Below are positions 1-13,132 of a stretch of 64,000 bases of DNA, in pieces (position 1 is the stretch's first letter; the number at the start of each line of letters is the position of its first letter). The notes under the pieces are model-generated. The model had not been told where the DNA came from. It saw only the letters and a list, made by a program, of their open reading frames with translations, and made no database searches. The position numbers and the translations under genes are program-made. The DNA is from Selaginella moellendorffii (taxonomy: Eukaryota > Plantae > Lycopodiophyta): positions 900,827 to 964,826 of the forward strand of contig NW_003314305.1 of assembly GCF_000143415.4 (NCBI RefSeq), given 5' to 3'.

Positions 1-1
1 G

Positions 2-850
2 GAGAGCAGCAGAAGCAGTCTAGATCGACGAGAGCCGCGAGGGCCGGACGCTCTGGTGATCGCATTTCGGATATTTAGCGCTCTCACTGCGATCTCGGCC
101 TTGCTGTGCACTGCGGTGAGTGTGATTTCGGTGGTGCGAGCCTTTAAGCACGGCCGCGATGTAAGTTTCTCTTCTCGTCGAGGTGAAACATCCATCTTGT
201 CTCGATGTTTCGTTTCTACAGATATTTGAAGGGATTCTTCGCTGCTACGCGGTAGTGATCGCGCTCTTCGTCGCTGTGGCCGAGACCGAATGGGAATTCT
301 TCTTGAAGTTCTGGCGTGTAAGTTCTAGAACCGCTTTTCTTCTGCTCTTTCGATGTGATTACTCGCTCGTTTTGTGCATAGGTTCTTGAGTACTGGGTTG
401 GACGAGGCATGCTGCAAATTTTGTAAGCTTCTCTTACAAATTTCTTTCTTCGCTCTTCTTTGCTAACGAGAGCTTGGTTTTGCAGTGTAGCAGTGATGAC
501 ACAGGCCCTATCAGATGAGCACAAGGACCGTGCTTATCAAGTGGTCTTTTCGGAAGTCGCTAGTGGAATGCTCCTGGGATGTGGTGCAGTTTACGTTGTA
601 GCAGTGAGTATGCTTTTGTTCGTTTTCTTGGAGGTTTTACCACGGTTTTCTTGCATCAACTGGCAGGGCCTTTTGTGCATTAGAAAATTCAAGCGTTCCC
701 GAATTGAAAAATCAAAAGGGCGCGAGAAGGCTGCTAAAGATCTCGAGGTATCTCTTGCGTAGATTTTGCGAATTGTGCTCTAATCTGGATTTGCAGGAGC
801 TAGAAAAGAGAAGGGGTGAATTACAAGCCTTGCTCTCTGCAAGAGGTTGA
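2..850 (+). CDS. COPI-associated (Tvp15-like) Golgi membrane protein, 5' end outside the window
   Basis: Manual splicing of GT-AG exons 2-160, 222-317, 382-422, 486-603, 667-747, 797-850 gives ...PDALVIAFRIFS...IFEGILRCYAVVIALFVAVAETEW...VLEYWVGRGMLQIF...LQALLSARG*. Several TM segments. Confidence 0.8.
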
Positions 851-1020
851 CGATTTATGTACTTCATGTAGTTTTACGTCTAAATAAGACTCAGTTTCTG
901 GCATCTTCGCTATATGCTGATTTTGAGAGTGTAAGTTTTTAAAATTTAGTTCAAAGATGCTTTGCCTGCAGGTTTGCAGGCATTCTTGCTTACATTTTGC
1001 TTACAGAACTATATCCAGTT

Positions 1021-3760
1021 CTAACTTTGCGATTCTTCTTCTTCCTGCAGTAGCAGCTCTTGCGTCAGCTTTTTGAGATACGTGGCTTGTTTTAGAAGCT
1101 CGTGGCAGCAAAAGCCGATTGCTCCAATCGTCAACGCGGCTTCCGAATGCACTAGCTGGAAATCTCCGTAGATTTCTTCTGGAGTTGAGGTGTCGACGTC
1201 GTCTTTGATGCTAGACTCTTCGAACTGATTCTCTATGTCTGCAGTATGCTGGACCTTGCTTCTTTTTTGGCGCAGGGACTGATAAGTGCACTCGAAAGTT
1301 TTTGAGAGGCCAATTTGGCTTATCTTTAGTTGGCGAGTGACACCACCAGTGAACAGTTTGCCTTCTGACCGGAAGTCGACTGTTGCGAGGCTCAGGTAAC
1401 TCAAGAGCTCCGTGATCCTACTCTGACTCTCCCAGAGCTTGCTATAGATACCGTCATGAAACGGTGCGTGCCAGAAGTCAGGCTCTGCTCTTGCTTCAGC
1501 TGTAAGTTGTCTCAGACGTTCGACTCCATCTCTGATTGTTTGCTCCTTCTTTCTCACCTCAGGTATCGCTGCTTTAAAGCACTCACTGCATTCTATGCTG
1601 TGCACGTCAAATATCACCTGCATGCATTCCTGGATTTTCTTCAAGTTAAGCTCGAGTTCCCTGCGTGCAAGTCTCGCTGCTCTCCTGGAACAGATGANNN
1701 NNNNNNNNNNNNNNNNNNNNNNNNNNNNNNNNNNNNNNNNNNNNNNNNNNNNNNNNNNNNNNNNNNNNNNNNNNNNNNNNNNNNNNNNNNNNNNNNNATG
1801 ATGACAGCCGAGGTGTAAGCCGTGGATGCTCCAGTGAGTTCCAGCAGTTTGCTCTTTCTCATGAAGCTCGTAAAGGCCAGCCAAGGCAATATTGCAAAAA
1901 TGGTGGTAAGTAGAGCTTGATGTGTTGTCAATGCGACCAGATAGCCATATACTGTTCCCAGGGCTGTACCTTGGAGCCTCAGGCTGGTGCTCTTGAACGT
2001 TCCGGTGCGATGGTTGAAAAGGCCCAATGCTACTGTGATAGTCGACCAGTACCCATAGTCCTTCCTGTACAGCACTCCCAGGTACACAGCTATGACCATT
2101 GATAGTGCGATCTTAAACGCCTCAATGACCATTTTTTTATTCGCTGCCAGATTCAATGATCTCCTCGTTGCTGCGACTAAGTTACTTGGAGTGGTGTTTG
2201 ATGAGTGAACTGGGAGAGCTGATCCGCTTGAAATTGCTGCTGCTTTGCAACCGTGGTGGCAAGCAGGATGTGACAAAGCAACAGGAACTTGGCCGGCCAT
2301 CAGAATCTTGATCTCCTCCTCGACAAACTTTTTGACAGTGAACAGGAAAAACATCCGTCGAAATTCCTCATCCGGTGTACAGTCTGAGCGGTTCCAAGTA
2401 GCCGCGGCATAATCATGAAGAGTCAGCAGAGCTTCGCGAACTTCCTCAATCCGGACTTGCTTCTCGGCCTGGATTTGAGATTTTGGAAAACTAGAGACTG
2501 TACCTGACAGAAAAGAGTTGCTCCAGCTCCCGAGTTTCTCCAAGGAGTTCCTCGTCATATCTTGAACCGGCTTCGAAACAGCTGCACCTTGCTGAATCGC
2601 GATGTTCATCCCAATCAGGTACTGATTCATGTTGGTTATCATTCGGCTCACGTTTTCACCTTGACTCCTTGCTTGAACCAAAACCCCAGGCTCCCAAGCT
2701 ATTTCAACCTGTATGTAGCACACACTGTCAGTATGAGAGAGTTTCCTTCTCTGAGGTACGTTACTTTTCTTCTCTGTATCTCCGAGTACGCTTTCAAAGC
2801 AGCTCGCTGCACTGATTTGGATTGCAGGCACAAACTCGTGATCTCTTCTTGGTCGTTACTGCAGAATGCATGGACAAGGACAGCAAAGTTTTCCATCGCG
2901 AGCTTGGCGAAGAGCTTCGTGTTATATTGCACCTGTGAAGCAGAAGAACAAACGTAAGCGCAGAGGTTATGAAGCTTGGAAGTGTTGGGACCGAAAGGAA
3001 GGCTTCCTAGGTGGATCAAAGGCTTTTGGACGGAATCGTGACGGAAAGTGGCATGCCGGCTTAGTGTTCCTACAAGACACGGCTTGCGGAGAGAATGGAG
3101 GAACCAAAAACTTTAAAGGGGGGTGAATGACTCAAAGTAAAGCGAATGGTACCTGATAAGCTGAGAGGCGTGGCACGGGGAATATCAAGGCAATTATCGC
3201 AGACACAGTGCCGAGCGTGGTGGTGAGCGTCAACTTGAGCGGAAAGAAGACCGGATGAGTCAGGGGATTGTTGTACGCATTCACGTAGACGATGGTGGTG
3301 ATAGCCAGCGCGAGCCTCTTCTTCACTGGCTTTTGGTTCGGGAGATAGCTCCACAGGAAGCTCTTGACGAAGATACAAGTGAGGCACACGCCGAGCGAGA
3401 AGTTCTTCGTTCCTGGAGGAATGGAGAGGCAAAAACCAAGACGATGATCAGCTCCCAGGTGTTTTCCCTTTTGTTAAACTCGAGAGAAACCACTGACTCA
3501 CCTATGATCAACAGCACCACCATCGAGAATGCAGCAGCCTGGAGAGTTCCATACATGACAAAGGCAGCATCTTCGAGAGCTTTGCCGAGTGCCGACTCGC
3601 TGAGCACGAGAACTGTGACAACGTATCCAAAGACAGGGAATTCAACAAAACGGCTGGCTTTGGACACACCAAGCAAGACAAGTAAGCATGCAATTCCAGT
3701 TCTTAGAGCGGATAGCAGCCGTGACAGCCACGGGACGCTGTCGGAAGCTAACGCGTCCAT
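1021..3760 (-). CDS. FUSC / aromatic-acid exporter (ALMT-superfamily) membrane protein, multi-exon
   Basis: Starts MDALASDSVPWLSRLLSALRTG with an N-terminal TM cluster, then a second TM cluster (AFKIALSMVIAVYLG...GYWSTITVA...RLQGTALGTVYG), then RRAARLA and AEARAEPDFW. Spans the N gap. Confidence 0.8.
1698..1797. other. Assembly gap (100 N)
   Basis: Run of N. Confidence 1.
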
Positions 3761-4148
3761 CTTTTCACTAGCAATCTTCTCTTCTCTTTGAGAGTGTGTG
3801 TAGGAGGTCCAACTTGCGGAGTGTGAGCTCTTTAAATAAGTGGGATGGAGCAAAAGCTTAAAAATGGTGGAGGAATGTTTCTCTGTGGTGACGAACCAAG
3901 CGCTCTCTCAGAAAGAACTTCTCACGAGAACTTGGTGTGGAAAGCTGGACAGATATTCCCCCACTGGAATCATCCTGATCATCGGATTCCAATTTGGACA
4001 CAAGGAGGGATTCTTCTTTAGGAGCCTGATGATGAAATGAAATGCGTGGAACTTAAGACACTATCATCAGGGTGGTGTATTAGCTGAGGTTTTTTTATGT
4101 TGTTAATCCTAAGTGGTGCTTAAAACAGGATTAAAACATGTTAATACC

Positions 4149-4960
4149 AAGTTTTTGATATTGGAGAGAGAATCTAAAGTGCAATGGACGAACGAAGAAA
4201 CAATCAAAATGTTTCAATTTGGAGAACAAAGCAGTAGTGTGGATTTCTTGCTCCTTCCCCCCTAAAACATTCGATTCCACCCCACGACATATCAATTAAT
4301 ATTCTACTTTGTAGCAAAAAAAAGTAGAACCACACCAATCAGCCACACAAGTTGGTACACGGATCGCTTTAGAATATTCGAATTCTCGGGTATGATTTAA
4401 CCACGCCACTACCACCACCGTGTTTGCAGCGCGTTGTGAATAGTTTTTCACCCCTCCCTCCTCTCTCTTATCAAGGTCTCAAAAAAACTTTTTAAAACAC
4501 GAAGCCACGTACCCCTTTGTCTCGCACCGAGGTGTAAAAGGAGCATTTGGCTGTGGCACTCCTCTTCGATAAATCGATTGATAGGTCCAAATTTAGCGAT
4601 AATGTTTCTTTCTCGGATTCTCCATCGCCGTGTTCTTGCTAATTGGTTGATTTGTTTTCCTCGTTGTTTGTCCAAAGCAATGAGTTATCAAACGAGGGAT
4701 TGACCGATGGAGCTAGGGAAGATCATCAGGGCGGCCAGTCTTCCCATCACGAACAAAGCTCCTCGCAGGGAAGCGATCCTCTGGTGATAACTTTCCGGAT
4801 CTTCAATGTTATCACCGCCATTGCAGCATGGCTTTGTACCGCAGTTAACATCATCCCAAACATGAGTTTGCTCTTTTTTCGCGATGAGCTTTCTCTCCTT
4901 CTTTTGCAGATCTTTCAAAGCATTCTATGCTGCTATGCAGCGATCATTGCTTTGTTCGCA
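4149..4960 (+). pseudogene. Inverted partial duplicate (promoter, exon 1, part of exon 2) of the COPI-associated gene at 8766-9665
   Basis: Reverse-complement similarity to 9322-10197. The ATG region is deleted (gagttatcaaacgaggg vs gagttatggggtcgattctaaacgaggg), the exon 1/intron junction is deleted, and similarity stops at ~4960. Confidence 0.85.
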
Positions 4961-4999
4961 ACAAAATTAGGTGTTCCTGTCATGTGAACAATAATTGAA

Positions 5000-7870
5000 T
5001 TAAATACAAATAATTTTAGTCTACAATTAGAGTAGAAATAGTTTCTAGTATATATGGTTGAGCTACCTTTTGGAATAAAATTAAATATTCAATTTAGTTA
5101 TAATAAAAATAGCATTTTAACCAGACTTAACATGGGATATCTGCAATGGCTTAAGCACCATTGCTTTAAGTCATCCATGGCTTTGTTGTTGTCTCCGCTC
5201 AATTGTCATGCTACTAACATCAGGGAAGCAGGTTCTCTTAAATTTGTGGCATGTTTATTCTAAAAAAAATGAAAAAGCGTTTAGAAGAGAATAAAACATC
5301 TTACTGGAATTAGAGTCCAAACCTAAGGACAGAAAAGAGAAAAAAAGGTTAATTTGCTGGAATTGAAAAATTATAATCAAAAAGCTTTTATCAATCATGC
5401 CAAGCCATCCATTGTTGAGCTGCTCTTGTGGGTGAATGTTCTTGATCCTACAATGCACAACTTAGCCTAGCCATGAGGCAATTGAGCATGCACAACCAGC
5501 CATGGCAGCTATGGCACTGGAAGCCTAGCCATGGCAGCCTACCACGCCTCCACACCACTGGCCATCGCCTAGTAGCCAATAGCAGCCACAACACTAGAGC
5601 TTGCTCAACCTAGCCATAGCAGCGATGGCGCTCAAGGCTGCCTGCACTAGGCCATGGTGCTAGAAGCCTGCAAAGCCATTACAAGACCACTGAAAATTTT
5701 AGAAATACCTTTTATATTATATATAAATAAATTTGAAATTTAATAATGTTAGACGCACATTAACTATAAATATTCTATGTGTTTAAAAATTATTTCCTGT
5801 TAAATTTGATATTATATTAAGGCGATTATAAGCCAACCTATTATCTATATTTTAAAATAGGTTAGTGCTTAATATAGTTATTTATCATATTGTGTCTCAG
5901 TTTTGTAATAGTGCTTGAGAGAATAAAATATGATCTATATTAAAGATTCTAGTTATGCATTATATTTAATATACTTATAACTATGGCAATTAATATGTGA
6001 TTTCACATTGGTCCATATTTTATTTACAAACATATGGATATATTTTTTGTTTTCAACAATCACATTTTAATTGTTATAATAGCAATCAAAACATGATTGT
6101 GTTGGCATGGGGAATGCCACATATGAATCCAATTCATGCCAGCCTGGATTGCCCATGACATGTAGATACACCCAAAATTGCCACATGTTTGGGTGGCAAA
6201 ATAGTTCAAAAATAGCTCTTAATGCAAGTCTTGATCACTTAGTTTCAATCTCTCCATTACATTTGTTGGTCTAAGAAGATTGATACCTTGGACCAGGCTA
6301 TAACATGCTCCTATTGCTACCAAAGAAGCTAGATCATTTGTAATTCTCGAGGACTTTAATGCATTTCAATGGAATCCCTTTTATGTGTGGGATTAATGTC
6401 ACACGCTCTTCTTGAAAGCCCACATAAAATACTTAGCATTCATAACAAATTTATAGTCATTAGTGTGCATGAAGTTTTCCTTGTATATCGGGAGAAGGCT
6501 TTGGCCAATGTTAACATTATATATCTTTGCCATGATCACAAAGTCTAACTTTATATTGTTATTTGTTGAGATTTTTGATCTTCTTCCAAGTCAGATTGTA
6601 AAGTGAGAGAAAATTCACCCCAATCATACTAAGTACTTTAAGATTGATAATTTTTTAGTGATGTTGCATGTTTGTGTGCCCCATTTTCCCATTTCCTTTT
6701 CTTAATGCTAGGGATAGAGATTCCACCTTTACTCCAAATTTGATTAGGTGTTAGGTGATTTGGGTTTAAATCTTTAACTTGAAATTTCTATTTCTTGTTG
6801 TTGTTTTTTTTATAGAACTCATTTTTTCTTGATTTTATGCACATTTGTTAATAAATCTTAGTAGATTATAATGTCTAGATGTCTTTTCTTGGTTTAGTGA
6901 ACTTAAAGTTTAAGAATTTTTATTGAGTTGAATTTTCAAGATTGATTTTCGAGAATCTTCTTAGAGTTGTCTTTTTGTATCTAAACTTTCAAGTTTTGTA
7001 TTTGAAGTCCTTGGATTATTGAGCCTCATGCTCATAATTTTCTTCAATGTTATCCCCATATACTTTATATTGAATTTTGTTAACATCTAGCAAATTGCCA
7101 ATTGTCTTATCTTTATACTATGGTAAATGATTTCAACATATTGTGCACTTTTTGGTATGTTGAGAGATTCCAAAGTTGTGGAAGAAATGAATTGCACAAG
7201 GGGTGGATGCACATACCTTCTTATATTAATATTTAATCAATCTTCCATTCTTTTTTACAATGAACTACTATTGATAGAGATATACTAGTATATTTTTCAA
7301 ATCAATAGTTGAGATAACTATTTTTAAAATTCAACTAATTATAAAGTACAAATTATATTATAAGTTCTCCATGTAAACTATAACTAGTGATAATATTTTT
7401 GTAGATAGACTTTGTTGTGTTCTTTGAAGTTCCAAGCAAAACAAATATATGCTCATAATCACTAACTAAATGATAAAATGGGTTGAAGTTCAATCAATTG
7501 TAATTAATTTTATAAAGTCAAGTTTCCATCATTGAAGTGGTTCAAGAGGAGTTATAGGATGAAGTTTTTAAATCTGCTTTTTCAGTGTATATTTGGTTCT
7601 TTAATAAATGTCACATTCTTGAAAAAAATTTGTTAAAAAAAAGGCCTTAAGTCTTTCTTGTAAAATCTTTCAAGCTATGATTTCTTTTGCAAAATATCCT
7701 CTTGTTTATTTACAATGCACTTTTTCAAGTAAATCTCGGATTTCTTCAAATTATACACATCTTTATAGTGCATTTTCTCATCCTAACTTATATAATTTTC
7801 CTGGTTTTGTCCTTAAAACAAATTGTTTACATTTGTACTGGCTTAGTACAATATCGAAGGCCACATCTAA
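5000..7870 (-). mobile_element. Heavily decayed AT-rich TE remnant, probably Ty3/gypsy integrase region
   Basis: No long ORFs. Minus strand ~7510-7560 reads PITPLEPLQ*WKLDFIK, resembling the integrase WGLDF motif. Confidence 0.4.
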
Positions 7871-7874
7871 ACTT

Positions 7875-8185
7875 TGATACTGTTACTGAGGGCTTGCAAT
7901 TCCAACACCACCTCATCCATCATCCAAGCCTCCACATATTGATTAGCATCTAACACTGTGGAATCCATTGCAGCAAGTTTATAAATTCTTGAACTCTATC
8001 ATTTAATACCAATTGTTAAAACTTAGAGAAGAATTATTACACTGATGCAAAGTAAATTGCCACCCAGCCCCAAGCCCTCTGCATCACTACTCACTCCACC
8101 TGTATCCCAAAAACCTGGATTAGAACTTAAACTGACTAAACTTACGTCCTTTAAGCTATATGGGTTAATATTAATCCCAAGATTG
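7875..8185 (-). mobile_element. 5' LTR (~8014-8185), tRNA-iMet-type PBS and start of the internal region of a short-LTR retrotransposon
   Basis: Minus strand ...ttttaaCA-atTGGTATTA. Alignable by eye to 52303-52650 and 62709-62923. Confidence 0.7.
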
Positions 8186-8765
8186 TTTCCTCACAAGTTC
8201 ACAAAGGACGTGGGTGTGCCTTTTCACTTGGAAGCATGAACACTTGAAGAGTTGATGGAGTGCAATGCTCTAAACTTGGGATTCATGGATGAAGAGTTTG
8301 CACAACATTTCTACTACTTTGGGGGCTTACCTAGAGAAGTGCTAGATATAACGAAGACTAGCAAAAGCCTAAAAGATATCATGACAAAAGCAGTGTCCAT
8401 TATCGGCAGTTTACGTTGAAGTGGTTCCACCTTTGTGGAGGATTTAGTTGATAAGTACCAGAGGCCAGGACATGAGAAAGTCAGTTGACTTCCACAAAAG
8501 AGTTCCTGACACCCACACATTGTCTATTTCTGTGCTGAGGTGATAGCTCAAATCACCCTCTTGCCTGTTGATTATACCAACTAAACAAAAGTTTCATAAC
8601 GGTACTGAAAATTTTTACTGGAAAGAAACTACGAAGTCGATCGCAATCTCGTCATTTTATGAAAAAGAAAGTGGAAAGGAAAAAAAAATCCAAACAAGCG
8701 GACATATGTGTCAAAGGCCACGCGTAGTGTACACAAATAATTTATCAGTGGGACGAGTGATTCAC

Positions 8766-9665
8766 TCACTTGGACAAGAGAGCTTGCAGCTCGTCTCTCT
8801 TTCTATCCATATCCTGTGCAAGCAAGGAAGATCATGTAGGATAAACTCAAATTGTTTTTTCGAGACGACCCACCTCGAGATCCTTGACAGCCTTCTCTCG
8901 CCAGTTGGATTTATCCACTCTAGAACGCTTGAGTTTTCCAACGCAAAGTAGACCCTGCCGAGATCAAATTCACAAAGATCGTGACTACCATCAAAGGGAA
9001 GTTTTTCTTACCGCAATAACGTAGATTGCTCCACAGGCAAGGAGTAAACCGCTTGCAACTTCCGCAAGAACAACTTGGTATGCCTTGTCTCTGTGCTCGT
9101 TTGACAAGGCCTTCGTCATCACTCCGACACTGTAGAAACTCCAAGGATCAAGGACCTGAAAGCTAAGATTTAAGAACTTACAAGATCTGTAGCATGCCTC
9201 GTCCGACCCAGTACTCGAGAACCTGATACACATTGGATAAGGTCACAGAACCTTTGAAAAGAGTTGCAAACTTACTCGCCAGAATTTCAATATGTGTTCC
9301 AGCTCTGTCTCCGCGACTGCTACGAACAAAGCGATGATCACTGCATAGCAGCGTAGAATGCCTTCAAAGATCTGCAAAAAGAAGGAGAAAAAGTTCATCG
9401 CCAGAAAAAAAAAGAAAAAGCACAAGCTTTGCAAACTCACGTCTCGTCCATGTTTGAAGGAGCGAACCACCGAGATGATGTTCACGGCGGTACAAAGCAA
9501 TGCCGCAATGGCGGTGATAACATTGAAGATCCGGAAAGTTATCACCAGAGGATCGCTTCCCTGCGAGGAGCTTTGCTCGTGATGGGAAGACTGGCCGGCT
9601 GCTTCTTCGTCGTGATGATCTTCCCTTGCTCCATCGGTCAATCCCTCGTTTAGAATCGACCCCAT
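8766..9665 (-). CDS. COPI-associated (Tvp15-like) membrane protein, paralog of the gene at 2-850
   Basis: Same six-exon structure: MGSILNEG...DPLVITFRIFN...VLEYWVGRGMLQIL...DELQALLSK*. Confidence 0.8.
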
Positions 9666-11707
9666 AACTCACTGCTTTGGACAAACAAAAAGGAAATCAA
9701 CCAATTAGGCAAGAACACGGTGAAGGAGAATCCATCATCTCGACAGAGAAAGGAAGATTCCAGCTAGATTTGGTTCGATCGATCGATTCATCGCCTACCT
9801 TATAGCGAAAGGAAGATGAGGGTTGCCACAGCCAAATGCCACACCATAGCTTCTTTCACACCTAAAGAATGCCACGCCCCCTACGCCATGGCGACACATG
9901 GCGCGCGACAAAGGGCTACGTGGCTTCGTAGAATATTCTGTGTTTTAAAAAGCTTTTTGCTTTTAGAGGATGATAACTATTCACAACATGACTTGGCTAA
10001 ATTATTCGGATATTCAGAAGCGACATTTTTTGTTGCATTATGTGGTTCTTTTTTTTTTTACTTTTTTTTGCTACGTTTTTCCGAATATTGATTGAGGGAA
10101 AAAAATCCACACTGCTTTGTTGTCTAAGTTAAAACATTTTGATTGTGTCTTTGTTCGTCCATTGCACTTTAGATTCTCTCTCTAATATCAAAAACTTCCA
10201 ATAAACATCATCATAACATGTTAAAACATTTACCATGAGAATGATAGAGCAAACTCCTTCACTCTAGACATGTCAGGCTGCGGCTCCAAGTAGTCAGTCC
10301 CGTCTTCCTTCTTATACCCTTTAAACTTGAAGTCCCGAAACTGACACCCTGGGACGATGAAGATGAGCCAGTAGTAAGGTGGCGGCAGAGTACCTCCGCA
10401 CGAATATCAACGATCACCACCTCCAGGACCGGAGCCCAGAAAATCTTGTGATCCAAAGAGTAAGTACACTGGATGATAAAGGCTATTTCGTCAAACCGTA
10501 CTTGGTCATTTTCAAGTCGGTGGATTCGTTTCTTGTCCCAGATATTGTCAAGGCTTGTCAATCCTACAGACTGTAGGATTGGGCTTGGTGGTAGAATTGG
10601 GCTTCAACCAAACCCTGCATTTTCTCATTCTTCAATGGCTGTCTTGGTTTATCCCTCCCCAGGTTTGCGGCCACCTAGGAAACTTCCCAACGACAAAGCC
10701 TTTTTGTGCTCGATGGCTTCAACTCAAAAACTGGGAGAGGTTTTTCTGGTGTTACCAAATCCTTGTAATCACCTACACCATCCTGCAGGGACGTTTTTCT
10801 CGAAGAACTTCTTTCCAACACAAAACCAGTTTGCTTCTTCTCGAAGACAAACTCTTCACACCTCTTGTTTCTCGAGCCCTTGCTTCAGCTCCAGCACAGA
10901 ATCCTCCGCCTATTCATCCATTGTTTCTCAAGATCTCACTCCAGCTCCAGCACAAAGTTAGCCTTCACTGGCTCCAGCTTGATTGGTGGGCTCCTTGTTG
11001 ATTTTCTTCTCTCTCCATCTTAATAGCGATTGTGGTCTTGTCAAAAATATTTCACAATCACCACTTTTGGTCAACGCTATTGTGTTATATATTAACCACT
11101 GAAAATCCCTCACTTTCATCCACACAAGTTTTAAAATCTTTGATTTAGACTTCCCAGGAAATCTCCTAACCCGGCTTTATTTGCCACTGTTTCTATGTTT
11201 GATTCTCTTATTTGCTACTTGATCGCTACTTGATCTAGCCTGGGCCAACGTGCAGTTTGTTTACAGCGATAGGCTGGCGATAGCTGTGATACATGTAGGG
11301 TAGGTACAAATATCTATTTAGTATATCGAAAGCATAGAGCTTATGAATTTGCAATGGTGTGCAAATTGCCAATACCAGAAATTTGCTAGCTGCTCTTCGT
11401 TGGCATCGTTGGTTGCTCCAAGAATGATACTTCTTTGAGGTAAACATCATTTTCTGCATGATAATCTTCTGGATTATTTCTGAAACAATCAAGTTGATTA
11501 AGCCAAAGTTCTCCCAAGTAGCCAACATAATCTTTTGGGCAGAATTGACGGAGCTTTAAGTTGTGGTGGTAGTTAATTGGCATTCTTCTTGTCCAAAAGG
11601 AAATTCATTTGTGAATTTGATCTGTAATGCACCGCTGGTGGTCTAGAAATAGTACTCTACCACGGGTAGTGCAATGCTTAAGATATTTTGATCATTCCTG
11701 CTAGCTT

Positions 11708-13132
11708 TTACCGTCCCTCTTCTTCATCTTTCTTTGCAGCCTGATCCCGAAGAGCCTCAATCACCTTCTCTAGAGCCCCTCTCGAGTTCCCCCTGTTCTG
11801 GATCAACACCTCCGCGATATCAGCAGGAGTGATCTCAACCTTGGCGATCAGCTCCTCGATCTCTCCAAACTCCTTCTCAAACTCGCCCTTCTGCGAGATC
11901 TCAAGGTGAGTCCACGCCAGCACTTTGAACGCCTCAAATCCACAGTAGCCCATCAAAATGTGAAGGTCCATCCTGCCCGACCGCAGCAGTGCGGGATCCA
12001 GATCTTCCTTGTGATTTGTCGTAAAGATGATGATCCTCTCGCTCCCGCTACAAGACCACAGCCCATCGATGAAATTCAGCAGCCCCGAGAGTGTGACCCG
12101 GCTGCTCTCTTCATCTTTCTTCTTGGCTTTCTTCCCGGACTCTCCATCTTTCTCCTTGGACTCTTCACTGGTTTCTTCCTCCGGCGCTGGCTTTGCCCTT
12201 TTTTTGAGCTCCAGCGAGCAGTCAATGTCCTCGATCACGATGATCGCCTTGTTGGAAATCCCCATGAGCAGCTTCCTCAAGTCGGCATTGCTCTTCACCT
12301 CCGTCAGCTCCATGTCATAGACATCGTACTGCGTGTAGTTTGCTATGGCAGCGATGAGTGACGACTTCCCAGTCCCCGGAGGCCCGTATAAGAGATACCC
12401 GCGCTTCCAAGCCCTCCCAACTCTCTCAAAGAAATCCTTACCAGCCATGAAGGAATCCAGGTCCTGGACGATCTTGTTCTTGAGCTCGGGATCCAGCGCC
12501 AGGCTCGAGAACGTCGAGGCATGCTTGAAAGGCACCGATCTCCACGGCTTCTTCCTGTAACCCCAGTCGTCCGAGTTTGCTATGTTGGTGTAGAGCTGCC
12601 GGTCCTGGTTCTGGCGCTTCAAGCTCTCTCCGAGCTTGATCACTTCCCTCATGTACTCGGGCAAGAGTGTACACTTGTGCCTCCTGTGAACTTGGACAAC
12701 GTACTCTCGGCGTGTTCCTCCACTTCGATCAAAATAGCTGAAGCCTCCGCCGTTGGAGGGCTCGGTGACGTTGAAGACCCAGGAGAATGTGACGCCTTTG
12801 AACTTGTCCTCCACTCGCTCGCCCCTGGTGAGGTTGCAATTCGGCTTGCTGGCGTTCTTCACTCGCGTGAACTGGATCCTGTTTGCCGAGCTCTTGGTGT
12901 TGGTGTCGGTGAGATGAGCAACGTAGAGGTCGACCAGGTCGTAGATCTCGTTGGTGTTGTTCCGGACGTACTCTGGGATTGAGAGCTCTGTCTCCCACCA
13001 TAGCCAAGTTACAAACCTCTTGAGCTTGAGCTCCAGAAGCAACCAGACGTGGGGCGGAACTATCTGGTTGAGGATCATGATGAAGCCCATGAGAGAACCG
13101 AGATGGGAGAAATACCCCCCTGCCATTGCCAT
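11708..13132 (-). CDS. BCS1-like plant AAA-ATPase (AATP1/ASD family), intronless
   Basis: N-terminal TM segment, AAA-associated domain, WKRGYLLYGPPGTGKSS (Walker A), IIVIEDIDC (Walker B), VTLSGLLNFIDGLWS, TTNH, DPALLRSGRMD. First ATG is at 13132; the ORF track starts at a TTG. Confidence 0.93.
   Translation of the reverse strand: MAMAGGYFSHLGSLMGFIMILNQIVPPHVWLLLELKLKRFVTWLWWETELSIPEYVRNNTNEIYDLVDLYVAHLTDTNTKSSANRIQFTRVKNASKPNCNLTRGERVEDKFKGVTFSWVFNVTEPSNGGGFSYFDRSGGTRREYVVQVHRRHKCTLLPEYMREVIKLGESLKRQNQDRQLYTNIANSDDWGYRKKPWRSVPFKHASTFSSLALDPELKNKIVQDLDSFMAGKDFFERVGRAWKRGYLLYGPPGTGKSSLIAAIANYTQYDVYDMELTEVKSNADLRKLLMGISNKAIIVIEDIDCSLELKKRAKPAPEEETSEESKEKDGESGKKAKKKDEESSRVTLSGLLNFIDGLWSCSGSERIIIFTTNHKEDLDPALLRSGRMDLHILMGYCGFEAFKVLAWTHLEISQKGEFEKEFGEIEELIAKVEITPADIAEVLIQNRGNSRGALEKVIEALRDQAAKKDEEEGR

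Noticed and set aside
10240-11000. Coding-like stretch with short ORFs on both strands
   Set aside because: No recognisable motif or consistent frame; possibly a decayed gene, but unsupported.
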